A stretch of DNA of 64,000 nt from Moniliella sp. 'wahieum'. Taxonomy: Eukaryota. The notes below the pieces were generated by a model. The model saw nothing but the letters and a program-made list of their open reading frames with translations. It was not told where the DNA came from and did not search any database. This document shows, piece by piece, positions 1 to 12,951 of the stretch (position 1 is its first letter; every line of letters begins with the position of its first letter). Location of the stretch: assembly GCA_003971905.1 (NCBI GenBank), contig RSEE01000006.1:124001-188000 (forward strand), given 5' to 3'. Position numbers and translations under genes: made by a program.

Positions 1-87
1 CCCATGTCACACATCACACGTCGCACATTGCACGCACGTTCGTCTTCTTGCTGCCCGCTTCCCCCCCCACCACACCCGGCTGCCACG

Positions 88-2243
88 ATGACCACTGCTC
101 CGTCGCAGGTCAAGAAGGATGCGCATCCATGGGACCGCGCTCTGCTCGAAGGGCTGATCACCAAGCGCTTTTTCTACAACCCCTCCTTTGAGATCTACGG
201 CGGTACGTGTCCCTTGTCATCTCTTGTCTGATCTCAGATCTCAGATCTCACTTCTCACTGGCCAGCCTGCGCCTCCCCCTGTCTGCCCACTCGCCTCCTT
301 CCGTTTCTTTGTTTCCTTGCTTTCTTTTGCCTCGCGGAGCGCTGACAGCCCGTCTTGCTCTGGTAGGTTCGGGGTCTGTACGACTATGGTCCGACGGGCG
401 CGGCGTTGCAGGCCAACATTATCTCCGAGTGGCGCAAGCACTTTATCCTGGAAGAGGACATGCTCGAGGTCGACCCGACCATCATGACGCTTGACGAGGT
501 ACTAAAGACGTCGGGCCACGTGGAGAAGTTCACCGACTTTATGTGCCGGATGTGAAGACGGGGACATTTTCCGTGCGGACCACTTGATTGAAGGGGTGCT
601 AGAGGCGCGGTTAAAGGGCGATGCGGAAGCGCGTGCGTTGGAACAGGGCAAGACGATTGACAAGTCGGCCGATGCCCGGACGCCAAGGACGACAAGAAGA
701 CAGCCAAGAAAAAGAAGATCAAGTCGACGGCGGTCAAGTTGGCAGACGAGACCAAGGCGGAGATTGAGTACGTGTTGGCGCAGATTGATAACTACACCGG
801 CCCGCAACGGGCGAGCTGATCACCAAATTTGCCATCCGTGCCCCCGAGACGGGCAACGAGGTGACCGAACCCGTCGAGTTCAATCTCATGTTTTCCACGG
901 AGATTGGTCCGACCGGGACGCAAAAGGGCTACCTCCGCCCCGAGACGGCGCAGGGCCACTTGTCAACTTTGCCCGCCTTCTCGAGTTTAACAATGGTCGG
1001 ATCCCCTTTGCGTCGGCGCACGTCGGCAAGTCGTTCCGCAACGAGATTAGTCCGCGGGCCGGGTTGCTGCGCGTGCGCGAATTTGTCATGGGCGAAATTG
1101 AGCACTTTGTTGATCCCGAAGACAAGAGTCATCCCCGCGCTTTGCCGAGGTGGCGCAGTTGACGCTACCGTGGCTGCCCAAGGCTACGCAAGAAGCGGGC
1201 AAGACGAGCTTACCTATGCTACCGTGGGCGATGCGGTGGCGCAGGGCATGTGCGACAACGAGACGCTGGGGTACTTGTTGCGCGGATCTGGCAGCAGTTT
1301 CTGGAAAAGATTGGCATGGACACGACCCGTATCCGTTTCCGCCAGCACATGCACAACGAAATGGCCCACTATGCATCCGACTGCTGGGACGCGGAAATCA
1401 AAACGTCGTATGGTGGATCGAATGTGTGGGCTGTGCAGACCGAAGCGCGTACGACCTTACGGTCCACGCTCGTACATAAGAAGGACCTCGGTGCACCAGC
1501 TCTTGACCGAGCCCAAGGTGTACGAAAAGTACATTCCTACTCTCAACAAGAAACTGCTCGGTCCCAAATTCAAAAAGGACGCCAAGGCAGTGGAGGAGCA
1601 GATTCTTGAGATGGACCAAGCCCAGCTCGAACGCTTGGCCCACGCCCTCCAAGCGTGCCAAGCCACGATCACCGTCGGTGGCCAAGAGCGGGAGTTGAGC
1701 TCGGACTTGGTCACGGTGGAGCACAAGACAGTCAAGGAGCACACGCGGACGTACGTACCGAATGTGATTGAGCCTTCGTTTGGCATGGGCCGGATTTTCT
1801 ATGCCTTGCTCGAGCATGCGTTTTGGTCGCGCGAGGAGGATGCGCAGCGTGGCGTGCTGAGTTTGCCTCCGCTCGTGGCACCGTTCAAGGAGCTGATCGT
1901 GCCCATTTCGTCCACCAAGGAGTTCCAGCCCTTGGTGCGCGAGGTGACGCGCAAGTTGCGTGCGGCTGGCGTCGCGAGCCGGGTGGACGATAGCAATGCG
2001 ACCATTGGACGGCGGTACTCGCGCAACGATGAGCTCGGCACCCCGTTTGCCTGCACCCTCGACTTTGCGTCGTTGGAGAAAGGTACGATGACGCTGCGCG
2101 AGCGCGACACCACGTCCCAGCTCATTGGCCCGATCGACGAGGTGATTGCGGTCATCAAGGGCTTGTCGGATGCCACATTGACCTGGGAAGAGGCCCAGAC
2201 GAAGTTGCCCAGCTATAGTGGCGAACAGGATGTACAGCAGTAA
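88..2243 (+). CDS. GRS1: Glycyl-tRNA synthetase (eukaryotic alpha2 type); intron ~203-366; several apparent indel frameshifts; possible in-frame upstream start at 4
   Basis: Peptides across frames: [133 protein letters not shown], and anticodon-binding [21 protein letters not shown]. Intron GTACGT(203)...GCTGAC...TAG(366). Confidence 0.95.
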
Positions 2244-2682
2244 GCTAACTCATCCCCTTTGTTCCTGTTCCTGCACCTGCACTGCACCTGCTCTTACTCC
2301 CTTTTGTTTCATTGTCTATCTTTCCCCATACCTATCATCGAATGCAACGCAGTGGTCGGTTGCTAGTAGTCTGTTAGAGGTACCCAACGTCCATCCAAGC
2401 ATGGGAACAGCATCAGGATATACAATTAGTCAAATCGAGGAGGAAGGATCTTAAACCGGGTGCAGAGACGTGGTGCGAGGGAAAGCGCGAAATAAGTACA
2501 CCCTGACACAAAGAAAAAAAGAAACGATGGACAAGAAAGCGGGGAGGAAGAAAAGAGGAAGAGGGAAGGGCATACACAACACCAAAGCGCGACACTGAAC
2601 CTGAACCTCAACGCAGTAGGAGACACAGTAGGGGGAGGAAGGAAAAAGGACGGGGGGGGGGGAGACAGGGGTCGTGCAGCCG

Positions 2683-4235
2683 TTACGCCCAGACGGGGTC
2701 CTGAATTTCGGGGCCTTGCCAACCGAGTGAACGACCCAGCCGAGCTTGCGCAACGCTAGCGGATTGACAATGTTGCGGCCATCAAACAGGAAGGCTGGCT
2801 TCTTGACACTCTGGTAATCTTGGCCCAGTCCAAGGAGCGGAATCGTCCCATTCGGTAATGATCACCACTGCCTCTGCGTCCTGGCACGCCTCCTCGGCCG
2901 AGGCGGCAATGTGGACCTGTTTTTCGTACAGGTCCGCATCGGACTGAACCCCGGGCTCGGTCAGGTCGAGGAAGATCTGGTCCCTGGACACCTGGGGTCG
3001 TAGATGGAAATATGAGCATTCTCGTTGCGGAAGGCTTTGCAGATACTGATCGCTGCCGTTTCGCGCGTGTCGCCGGTATCCTTTTTGAATGCAAATCCAA
3101 GCACGGCAATCTTCTTGTTGGTAATTGTGTGAACAGCGTCTTGATGAGACCTTGTTGGCGAAGCGATCTCTTGCTGTACTCGTTCATCTCCACCACTTGT
3201 GCCCAGTACGCTGCTACCTCGGGAAGACCCAGACTCTCTGAGAGCTGTGTGCAACAGTCAGTAGACCTCATAGAGAGGGAATGATGAATGAGAGAGAGGG
3301 AGGGAGGGAGAAGAAAGAAAGAGAAAATAGGAGAATGGAGACGCACGTAAACCAAGTTGAGGATGTCCTTCTGGAAACAAGAGCCACCAAAGCCGACGAG
3401 GCCTTGAGGAACTTGGGCCCAAATTCGGGCGTCGAGGCCGCATGCATGAGCAAACCTCTTCAACGTTGGCAACGGTCGCTCGACAGATGGCGGCCATGGC
3501 GTTGATGGAAGAAATGCGCTGGGCGAGAGGAGAGCGTTGGCGGCGAGTTTGGAGAGTTCGGAGGACCAAAGACCAGTGGTGTAGATACGTTGCATGGGGG
3601 ACCACAGTTGTTGTACACCTCGGCCAGGGCGGCGGCAGCCTTGGTGCCGCTCTCGCTGGGCAGGGAGCCAATCAAGACGCGTCGGGATTTTGAGGTCGGA
3701 ATGGCGGTGCCTTCGGCAAGGAACTCGGGGTTGGACAGAATGTCAAAACTGCAGGCCCGGGCGCGAGTTGGATTCGAGAATGACACGCATCGAGGCCGCG
3801 GTGCGGCAGGGCACCGTTGACTTTTCCACAATGATCTTGGAGCTCTCTGCGACGGCGGCGATGCGAGGGGGTAGAGGCGACATAGGCCAGGTCGGCAGCA
3901 AAGCCTTTGCCGACGCGGGACTTTTTGGTGGGCGTGTTGACGGAGACAAAGATGAGGTCGGCCGTCGCGGATGGCAGCGTCAATGTCGGTGGAGAAGAAG
4001 AAGGGTTGCGGCCGCGGCAGCTCTTGACGACGTGGTCGAGGCCAGGCTCGTAGACGGGCAGGTGGTCCGAGTTCACGCCGCAATGAGGGTGGGGTTGACA
4101 TCGACAATGGTGACCTGGATGTGAGGGCAGCGCTGGGCAATGACTGAAGGTGGGGCCGCCGAGTAGCCGGCGCCGATTGCCAGCAGATCTTGCGGGCGGC
4201 GGGCGGGTGGGGGACGAGGCGGAGGGGACGACCAT
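2683..4235 (-). CDS. UGD1: UDP-glucose 6-dehydrogenase; intron ~3245-3346; indel frameshifts
   Basis: [88 protein letters not shown] (catalytic Cys), [25 protein letters not shown]. Intron GTGCGT...TACTGAC...CAG. Confidence 0.94.
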
Positions 4236-4870
4236 GGATGGGGGGGGGGGGGGGCAGGTGGAGGGGGCAGGCAAAAGGGAGGGATGGTCCGATGGGGTGG
4301 CGAGGGAGGCGTCTTTTATTGGCGGCTGGCTACCCGAGGCTGTGGGACGCAGGCGGGCGGGCACAGGAGCGGCGGCGTGGGCCAGGGTGCTGACAGGCGC
4401 TCTGGCTGGGCGGGGTGAGCGGCGAGGCGAGGGATGGGCGGGGCGGTAGGGGGGGGTTGGAGGCGTGCTGATCGGCACGTGCGCGTGGGCGAGTGCGGGC
4501 GAGTGCGTGCTGGGCAGTGCTGGGCAGTGCGGCGACTGGCTGGGCGGTGTGCGCGTCGATCGGAGGGCGCAGACTCAGATTCGATGCAGACAGTGTCGAT
4601 CAGCATCGGTCACGCCGCCCAGGCACCCAGCCCAGCCCTCGGTTGCTGGCGAATACCGGTGGGCAAGCGCTTGGCAGATCCATCTCCGACGCCTGTCCTC
4701 CTCCAGCGCCCTCCTCCCGCCCCCTTTCTAGGCACCCGAGGCGGCCGCGGAGGAGCAGGCACGGGGCGGTGCTGTGGGTTCTTCGGCTGCTGCGCTTCGG
4801 CATTCGATGTCCAACGTCGATTGTCGACGTTCGACGTTCGGCTGGGACGTGGGGGGGGTAGCACTTAACA

Positions 4871-4891
4871 TTAACGTTTAAGCTTAACTAG
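4871..4891. repeat. 7-bp periodic array TTA-ACGT-TTA-AGCT-TAA-CTAG
   Basis: Read directly: three different 4-bp palindromes separated by TNA triplets in register. Confidence 0.8.
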
Positions 4892-5171
4892 AGCGAGGCC
4901 CTAGCAGTTCCTAGATCCTGCTTCAAGCTCCAGCGTGCCAAGCCCTGCCATGCTCCGCCTCCCATCTCAATTTCATCTTCTAGTGCACACAGCCAATGCC
5001 CAATGCGCCTCCCCGAACCCCCATTTCATTCTAACCGTTCGCCAGCCTCGACATTCTCTCCTCCGGTCATATCAAAACAGGGACTGGGCACTGATCGAGA
5101 TCCGCCAGTGCCTTCCAACTCTTGCCTGTCTAGGCCATGCGAACAGCCATGCCTAAGTGCTCCGATCAAGT

Positions 5172-5254
5172 TCAAGCTTCAAGCTTCAAGCTTCAAGCTT
5201 CAAGCTTCAAGCTCAAGTGACTAGTCCTAGTCACTAGTCAAGCTTCAAGCTTCA
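5172..5254. repeat. Heptamer array (TCAAGCT)n with interspersed CTAG-core units
   Basis: Five perfect TCA-AGCT units at 5172-5206, then TGA-CTAG, then TCA-CTAG-TCA-AGCT-TCA-AGCT-TCA at 5231-5254. Confidence 0.95.
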
Positions 5255-5865
5255 AGCGACGAGTGACATGCCATTGTGACATGCTATGTGACGCGATGAC
5301 GGGGTGCCGGTGACCGATTAAGCTGCCATGTCAACTTCAACGAGCGCCAAGGGCCCGTGACCTCGGCGAAACGGTAAAAGGTGACCGAGCTGATCTGCGC
5401 GTAGGCACCTCACGGTGCCGGGGTCTGCCGGGGGCCGTGCCCTGCTGCCCCTGCTGCACTTCTCCATCGACCCAACACGCGGGGGCAATAGATGACGGGT
5501 ATGGTCCATGATTGATGAAACGAGCAAGTACGCAGAACCTTCCCTGGCTTTGCAAGAGTTTGATGCCTCGGTGACAGCAATGCGGTGCTGGTGCGGGTGA
5601 GGGGCGAACAGACAAGAATGAGGTGAGACCTGAGGGAGACTGATGGTACTGATGGCCCATCATCTCACCCTTTTCGTCCTGATGATCGTCGTTGAGGAAT
5701 TGGAGCCGCAGTCAACATATACAGGCAAACCAGAGTGCACACTCCTTGTGTGCCCACGGGCCACGGCCTCGCCCTGCAGCATAGGCTGGACGATCAGCAC
5801 CAGCCATCATCTGACTGGACCGAAGAGAGAGGGGATACGAGATACGTGTGCTTGTTGAACCCCAT

Positions 5866-7008
5866 TTACAAAAACGAGGACCCCGATGCGGCAAACCGAG
5901 TTGAAAGCGTGGCCGCCTCGGCAATCTTTTTCGCCTTTGCCGACTCGTCCAGCAACTTGCCCCGGCGCCCAAGGCCGCTTCGCGGTCCCACACAAAAGGC
6001 TGTGGCTGAGAGGAGGACGCGCGGGGAGAAGCGGACCGGTCTCGTTTCCGATCGCGGTCACTGCGAGACGGGTGGGAGCGGTGGGAACGATGGGAACGGT
6101 GGGAACGATGGGACCGCTCGGCTTCCTCCTTCGTCTCGCTATGGCGGGAAGAACGATGAGAGCGAGAATGGCGACCTTCCCTGTCCTTATCCTTCTCCTT
6201 ACCTCTCTCTTTCTCTTCCTCCCGGTCCCGGGACCGATGGTGGTCATGGCGATGACGGTGGCGATGCCGGCTCGATTCGTCTTTGCGGTCGCGGTCGCGG
6301 TCGCGGTTGACGCTGCCCCTGCACCTCGCTCCGTCTCTTCTCGCGATGCTGGTCCAAGAGGGACTGCGAACGGAAGGATCAAACCGTGAGATCTCATCAC
6401 GAAGAAGCTGGGTGCGCTGACGCTCCCTTGCCTCTTGGGACTGTGCGGCCAGGTCAGACCCGGCATGGACAGGGCGCTACTTCGCCCCGTACTTCGGCCG
6501 CTTCCCGCGCCTGGCGCTCGGCCGGCGTCTCGGTCCAAAGCGTCCCTGCGTCAGTTTGGGAGGAAATGCCAGAGCGGGACTGGACCCGTCCGGCTGGCCC
6601 CGCGGCCTGGGAAAATCCACGGTTCTTCAGCTTGAGCGGGTTCCCGATCACGGACTGCAAGTTGGGACCCGGGAGCGGCGTGAGCATCCATTCGTCTCGA
6701 GATGGGGGCGCGTTGGCTGCGTCCTGCTCGGCCTGGGGACAGTGAGTGGGGGTTAGCACTACGTATGGTTTGAGGTGAGTCATGGAAGAAAAAACACACC
6801 TGCCGTGCGGCGTGCATCCGTTCTTCCTTTTGGCGAAAGGCATGCTCGGCGGCATCCATCCCGGCGGGCGCGCGGGTGCCTGGGCGTGGGCGGTGCAGGC
6901 AAGGGGCCGACCTCGGGCTCGGAGCTGCTATCAGAGTGCTGGGAGGGCGATGCAGACCGGGGTGGGCCGTTGGGAAGCCAGGCCAGGCGGGAGGCTGGGG
7001 CCGATCAT
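5866..7008 (-). CDS. GPALPP1 / DUF3752-like protein; intron 6733-6799; frameshifted
   Basis: Start MIGPSLPPG (GPxLPP motif), RDEWMLTP...NPLKLKNRGF, LWTETPAER, and C-terminal WDREAALG..KLLDESAKAKKIAEAATLSTRFAASGSSFL*, the motif order I recall for DUF3752 proteins. Intron GTGTGT...GCTAAC...CAG. Confidence 0.7.
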
Positions 7009-7300
7009 CGCTGGGGACGATGTCGGTAGTTGCAGAGCGGGGGTTGCGCGTTACGCGTTACGACGGCCAGCAGCGGAATGGGAGTGGGCGGGGCTGCGGT
7101 TGAAAGTTTGCACAGGCGGGCGCTGGCGCCACCCAGAGGAAACTGCAATTTCAAACGAAACGGATTGGTGTGCGGCCGTGGGCGGCGCAACGCCGCTCGC
7201 TCCACCGCATCTGTCTTGGATTGGGCGCCTCCTCAGGCCTCACCACCACCACCACCGCATCCATCCCAGCCGCTCCTGGAGAGCCCGCGTTGAATCCACC

Positions 7301-10112
7301 ATGGCCACCACGGCGAATGACCCCGCATCGCCTCACCCTCTCTGCCCACCACCACCGCACCACCCCACCCCCGCCCCCGCCCCCCACCTTCCCCGCACAC
7401 GCTCCTTGCGCAAACAGGCGCGCGCCGCTGGCCGCCGCAAGACCTCCCCTCCCCGCGCTCGGACCTGCTCCACGAACAGCCTCCTCCTCCGCTGCCACCC
7501 GCATCTCCCACGCTATCCTTGTACTCCTCGCCCCCCGCCGCGACAGTGCCCGCTAGCCTCGCCCGCCTCCCCCCTCCTGTCTCTAGACCCGCCGCCAGCC
7601 CCAGCCACCAGGGCCGCCCTCTGCACCCCACCGGTCCGGACACCTCGGCACACAACGCAACCACCAGGGTGCGACTGCGGACTTTCCCTGCGCCTGCATT
7701 ACCGATGTTTCGGAGCGGTGCCTCCCGCCCTAGCTCTGTCAGTTCCGATGGGGACACAACTCGCAACAGCTTTTTCAGCGCCGGTCACGCTAGCTTGCAC
7801 TCGCCCTCTACTCTCTCTATCGACCAGGACCATAACGGTGGTACGATGGGCCAGGGAAGGAATCACCACCAATCCCTGCCAAGCCCAGTACACCCGCATC
7901 GGACTCGCGTCACGTAGTCGACGACGCGCCCCAGTCCCATGATGTCCGACCCGAAGTGGCGATACTACCGCAACCCCCACACCCCAGCATGGACTGTTAC
8001 CCTCCAGTCCTGGCGATGAGGGGGGCGATTTGCAATCCAGGGAGAATAGAGACGAGCCCCTGTCGAGGCAACCGGGCACGCCAACCGTCCACCCCGAAGC
8101 ACGACACAACACGGTCTTTTCCGCCGGTCTCGAGGATGAGGAGGAGACAACTCTTTCCGTATCCACCGACCTACCCCATCCCACTCGAGCACCTACTTTT
8201 GTTCAAAGCCCCGACTCGATGCCATCAGCCTTTATGTTCCCTGATTTGACCTCGCCGACGCTAGACGCGTCGCCCAATCCGCTGTCGCTCCAGCCAGGGC
8301 CGGGCACAGGAGATGCGGCGTTCTGGGACATGGTCCTAAGAGGTACGTGAACCATCATTTTCTGGCGGTGCGTTCCGTGTATTAACCTTGGCCTGCGATT
8401 AGACTACCAGCGCGTAGCATGGCCGAGCCGGAACGCCTTGCGCAAGCTATTCAACAGGGCATCCTTCCCAGTACCGAGGAGCCTTGTGGCGTGAAATGAG
8501 CGCCAGTCGAGATGCGGATCTCGAGGCCAAGTTCCACGAATACCTATCCGAACCCAGCGACCAGGACGAGGCGATCCAGCGAGACCTGGCAAGATGTGCA
8601 GATGAGCTGCCCTACTGATGATCCTGCCCAAGGCCAGCAGCAAGTGTTCCAGGTGGTCAAGGCGTATGCGATGCACGATCCAGAAGTGTGCTACCGCCCG
8701 GGCTTGCAGTTCCTGGTGCGCCCCTGTTACTGGTGATGAGAGGCCGAGGCGTTTTGCACCCTGGTAGCACTCATGCGCACCTACAACCTCCGTGGCCACT
8801 TCCTATCTGGCATGCCGGGTCTGAAGCTTCGGCTGTACCAATGTTCTCGCCTGGTGGAAGAGGAGTTGCCGCAGCTGTATGCCCATCTGGCCCGGAGTGG
8901 AATCAAGTCGAGTGCCTATGCTTCGCAATGGTTTATCACGCTGTTCTGCTACCATGTCCTCTCCCCGTTGCCTACCGTGTGCTGACACTGTGTTTGCTGA
9001 GGGCGTGGATGCGCTGTTTCGGTTTGTCTTGGCGTTGCTTGCTGCGTACGAACGAAGGCAGGTACTCACCTGGGTCCGCATGAGACGGTGTTGTTCCTCA
9101 AGAACAACATGTTTGACGCCTACCACCTCACGCCGTCGTCGGGATGGGAAGGGGACTTGGCTGCGGTGGACAAACTGGTGCAAGATGCCGAGGCGGCACG
9201 AGATTGGGCGAGCGTAGCTCGTCTGAACCAGTACGCGACCGAGTTTCAAACCACCCTGGAACGAGCCTCGATGCCGTTGCAAGAGATGGAGTCGCTGCGG
9301 CAGGCTACCTGGCACCTCGCTGCCCAAGTCAAGGAGATGGAGGAAGACATGGCCCGCCGCCAGTCGGCGCACATGGAGCTGGCACAGCAAGTGTCACATG
9401 CTACGCTGCAGAAAGACGAGGTGGCAGAACAGTTGGTGCACTACAAGACCCTCTATGCCGAAGCGGCCCTGGCTCTGGAACAAGCAACGCTATCTCCGCC
9501 CCCACAGCCGGCGCCTGCGCCTGCACCGGCACCAGCACCTGGCTGGACCAGTTGGGCCACCCGAGCTCGTACCTCGACCCCCGCCTCGCGCTTGTCGACC
9601 GCCAGCGCTTCGACGGCCGTGTCCCATTCCAGTCGGTCCACCACCACCACCTCCCCGTCCTCCGCATCGCGCCCGAACCAGCTTGCCCTCGTCCCACACC
9701 GTCGCCCAGTCCGTCTCCTCCGCCATGGCGTCCTGGGGACGTTGGATGTCGCGCGAAGCACGCCGGCCCCCCCTGCGCCTACACTGGACAAACCTCTTCC
9801 CAATCCGAATTCGAACCGACTCTGAGCCCGGCACAGTCCTTGACGCCACCGCCGTTGCCGCCACGCAAACTACCCCCTCTCCCGGTCCGCACGACCCTTG
9901 GTTCAGCCTCCCCCCCACCCCCCCTCCCCACTGGCTCCACCGCCGTCGGTGCGATGAGTGTAACTCCCTCCGAGGCCGAGGGGGAGGACGCAACGCCGAA
10001 CGGCAGTCCGACCGCTAGCCGCGGCCGAGCGAAAGTGGTCACAGTCTCAGTTCCGAGATGGAGTCGGTCAACTTGCAGGTATCGACCGAGGGAGTTGAGT
10101 GTTCAACGTTGA
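7301..10112 (+). CDS. TBC-domain Rab GTPase-activating protein (Gyp5/EVI5-like) with coiled coil and Pro-rich tail; intron 8343-8402; 3' end approximate
   Basis: FWDMVLR|DYQRV, IQRDLAR (IxxDxxR finger), VFQVVKAYAMHDPEVCY..GLQF, LRGHFLSGMPGLKLRLYQ, LPQLYAHL...YASQWFITLF, DTVFAEGVDALFRF. Confidence 0.85.
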
Positions 10113-10544
10113 ACGTTGACGTTCAGTTGACCGTTGAGGCCCCAAAGGCGAATGCGGAATCTGTTTCCATGCCAGAAGGCTTGGCTGTGCCCTAGTATTG
10201 GCTGGAGTCCAATATCCAATGGCGATCGCATGCCGAACGATTGCATGTATGTTGTACCGTAGACCATTTGTCGGTTTCTGGTCGTGGGTGCGTATGGGAG
10301 GTGTGTGCGGGACTTCGAGCCAGTGTGCTCCACTTAGCCGGACAAGACCGGCGATGGAGTTGTGCTTTGTCCGTGCCCCTCGAACGCGGATGGTAGCGCC
10401 AGGTAGTTGACTGTAAGCGTCAACTTGTACATCTACTACGCCACACCCGACTGAATCCCGTCAGGAATATACCGGCGGGGACATTGCAGGGCATGTGATT
10501 TCTACAGTGGTGCCGTGCTCGATCACAAGTCCTCTCCAACCGCT

Positions 10545-12129
10545 TCAAAGGGTCAAACCGGCCAGGATGAAACTAAAGGAACCCATCTGTTTTATATACA
10601 GCAGAGGGGAGGTAACCCCATTTAGGCCAGGAGAAATACTAGGAGAAAGGCTGCAACCTTTGGGAGACTCGACTCCCACTGCAACCAGCCAAAGGGTTTT
10701 TTCCTGTGGAGACTGTGTACTAAGTATATGCTCGATAATGCTTTTCTGTGGCTGAAAACTGTGCTGAGAATAGGAAACGAGGAGAGAGAACAATCAAGGA
10801 GAGATGAACAGGGGAAGGAAGAAGGGGGTGGAGGAGACAGATGATAAATACCAGGTTAGTACAATGATGGTTCAACCCAGCTGCAAAAACTTTTCAACGC
10901 ATACAGTCAACTATACCCTTTTGGGGCGCATGCGATTCATCATGCGTTTAAGAGTTTTTCTATATGTCTCGAAGAGAAGACAAGGAACTTCGAGGGGAAG
11001 CAGCACAGTAGCGTGAGCGCAAATCTTTCGATGTATCCAAACCATGCGTTCCTCTCGGATCGTTAACCCTGTTGGCGTTGACCCGAGTCATAAGAGGCCA
11101 AAGCCTCAGCCAGCTCCTCGAGGTGCGTTTCGAAAAGCTCATTACGGCCCTTGAGCCATACCAGGAGATCTACCGCTTGGTACAGGACCGCCGCCTTGGA
11201 CCCCTCCTTTCCCCCCGCACTGCCACCGCGACCACGACCGGGGCCCTGGATAGGGTGGAATCCTCTGGGGGTCAGCCCACAATGCAATGCGCATATATCT
11301 TTGACATGTGTACGTGGAAACAAGCAGATAGCACGCACTCGTTTCGTTCCCCCACCGCGGCCGGGCAGGCGGGGGGGAATGGCCAACGTCTCCAACACTT
11401 CCAGGTCCGGACCACTTCCCTGAACCAAGTGCAGAATCGGTTCCGACTCTTCCTTGTCCAACCGATTGTCCTCGACTTCCAAGTCCACGCCTGTCCCTGC
11501 GGCCGAGGCCATGCCGAGCGATCGCGCCCCATACGCTCGTCCCAGTTGCAACAGTTCGCTCACTTCTTCGAGACCGCGACGGATGTTCTCGCGGAGCAGG
11601 TGGGATCGCGTTGGGTGTAAACCCTTGGTTTCTTCCATTGCCTCTTCTTCTCTTCCCTGTGGGTCGAGTCTGGTTGATCGCAGCTCGCTGCTGGCAGGGA
11701 GGCACCGTTGGCCGAACCAAGCTGCGGCGCCTGCACAAGCTCGTCCAGCGGCGAAGGGCGCAACTCCGGAGTACCTGGGGGTGCAATGGTACCAAGACAG
11801 TAGAGGAGATGGGCGTATCCGTGCCAAGAACAGTAGGCGTGTACGCCTCTAACCAACAGGCCTCAACCGAGTCGAAGAAACCGTTCGGATCTGGTGTGTC
11901 AAAAGGCATGCCCTTGTCTTCGAATGTCGCCGAGGTCGGGGGGACAATCGATGCTGGTGGTTTCCATATTGCGACAACTGGAGAGGGAGGGAAGAAAAGG
12001 TTTCGCAGATGAAGAATGGGGCGCTGCGGGGATGGATAGGATGCTCAGCTTTATAAAGAGGCTCTTCTCATCTGCACGGGCCAGCAATGTCCTTAAATTG
12101 GGTTGAAAGTTGGCGCCAGGCCAAAACAT
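10545..12129 (-). CDS. Hypothetical, apparently spliced protein of unrecognised family; boundaries approximate
   Basis: Chain of minus-strand ORFs (11899-12129, 11142-11909, 11063-11827, 10545-10793) with non-repetitive composition. Intron-like signals GTATGC (10904), TACTAAC (10855-10861), a polypyrimidine tract and CAG (~10766). No recognisable domain. Confidence 0.35.
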
Positions 12130-12413
12130 ATAGATGGTGGGGGCCTCCTAGTTTTTGATCAGACATTGTTCACGAAGATTATACGCTTTTCGCCTCCAAT
12201 CTCTGACATCTGAACCCTGAAATTCCTTATCGAAGAAGTGTGAAAGACTCCCAAGTGACAGCGCCACAAGAGCCCCGTCACGCGTTAGTACTCAATCTGA
12301 GTACTGAACTCAGTATTCAGTACCGGTCACCCTATCTCTTCCCCACAAATTAAGATACACCCCACAGAGACTTGACTTAATGTTCTTGGTTTTTGGTTGG
12401 ACAACAGAACGGA

Positions 12414-12951
12414 TGTGACTTTTTGATAATACGCGAATATATCCACAGCGAGACATCCCTCCGACACTAGGATTACAGACCTCCCAATAAAAGGCCATCT
12501 GAGCGACTCTCTCCTCTCTGTGTGCCCCCCACACGCGTGTGGGGTCTCTCTCCCTCAGTCTGCAGCCCGCTTTTGTACCCTGTGAGGCATCACAGGCTGT
12601 ATGGTAGGAGAGCTCCAATGTGTTTTCGCGTCTCTGTGTTGCGTTGCTTGTTCTCCGTGGCAGTGTTGGGACACTAGTGCGGTGTGCCAAAGGCATAGCC
12701 GGACTCTGGCGCTCCCAGCCACTTCAATCCAGCGGCTAGCTCCGCTAGTTCCGCTCGGGCGGAAATGTGGCTGGCTGACTGGCCTCCTATCTAGCAGCCC
12801 CGGCAGTCGTAGCTCTTAGTTTTCCCTCTTCCACTCCCTCCTCCTCCTCCCTCTCCGCTACTCTCTACTATCGCTCACCAGCAATCAATCCCTATCGTCT
12901 ATTGGCCCAGTTCTTGATTGCTGTCTCGCTTGGCATCGGGATCCGGTCACA
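12414..12951 (+). mobile_element. Possible degenerate solo-LTR-like or structured non-coding segment
   Basis: Bounded by TGTGAC(12414)...GTCACA(12951). The 3' end (pyrimidine tract, TTGGCCCAGT...CTCGCTTGGC...GTCACA) resembles the 3' end of the LTR at 55154-55330 read on the minus strand (TTGGCCTAGT...CTCGCCTTAGC...GTGACA). No TSD found. Confidence 0.25.

Noticed and set aside
5172..5254. CRISPR-like array or cloning polylinker (many HindIII/SpeI/AgeI-type sites)
   Set aside because: No repeat-spacer structure or cas genes. The palindromes are dispersed through native intergenic DNA and introns in a fixed TNA frame, unlike vector sequence.
12527..12544. 18-bp palindrome as a Helitron 3' hairpin
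   Set aside because: No CTRR terminus at the expected distance on either strand and no Rep/helicase remnants.
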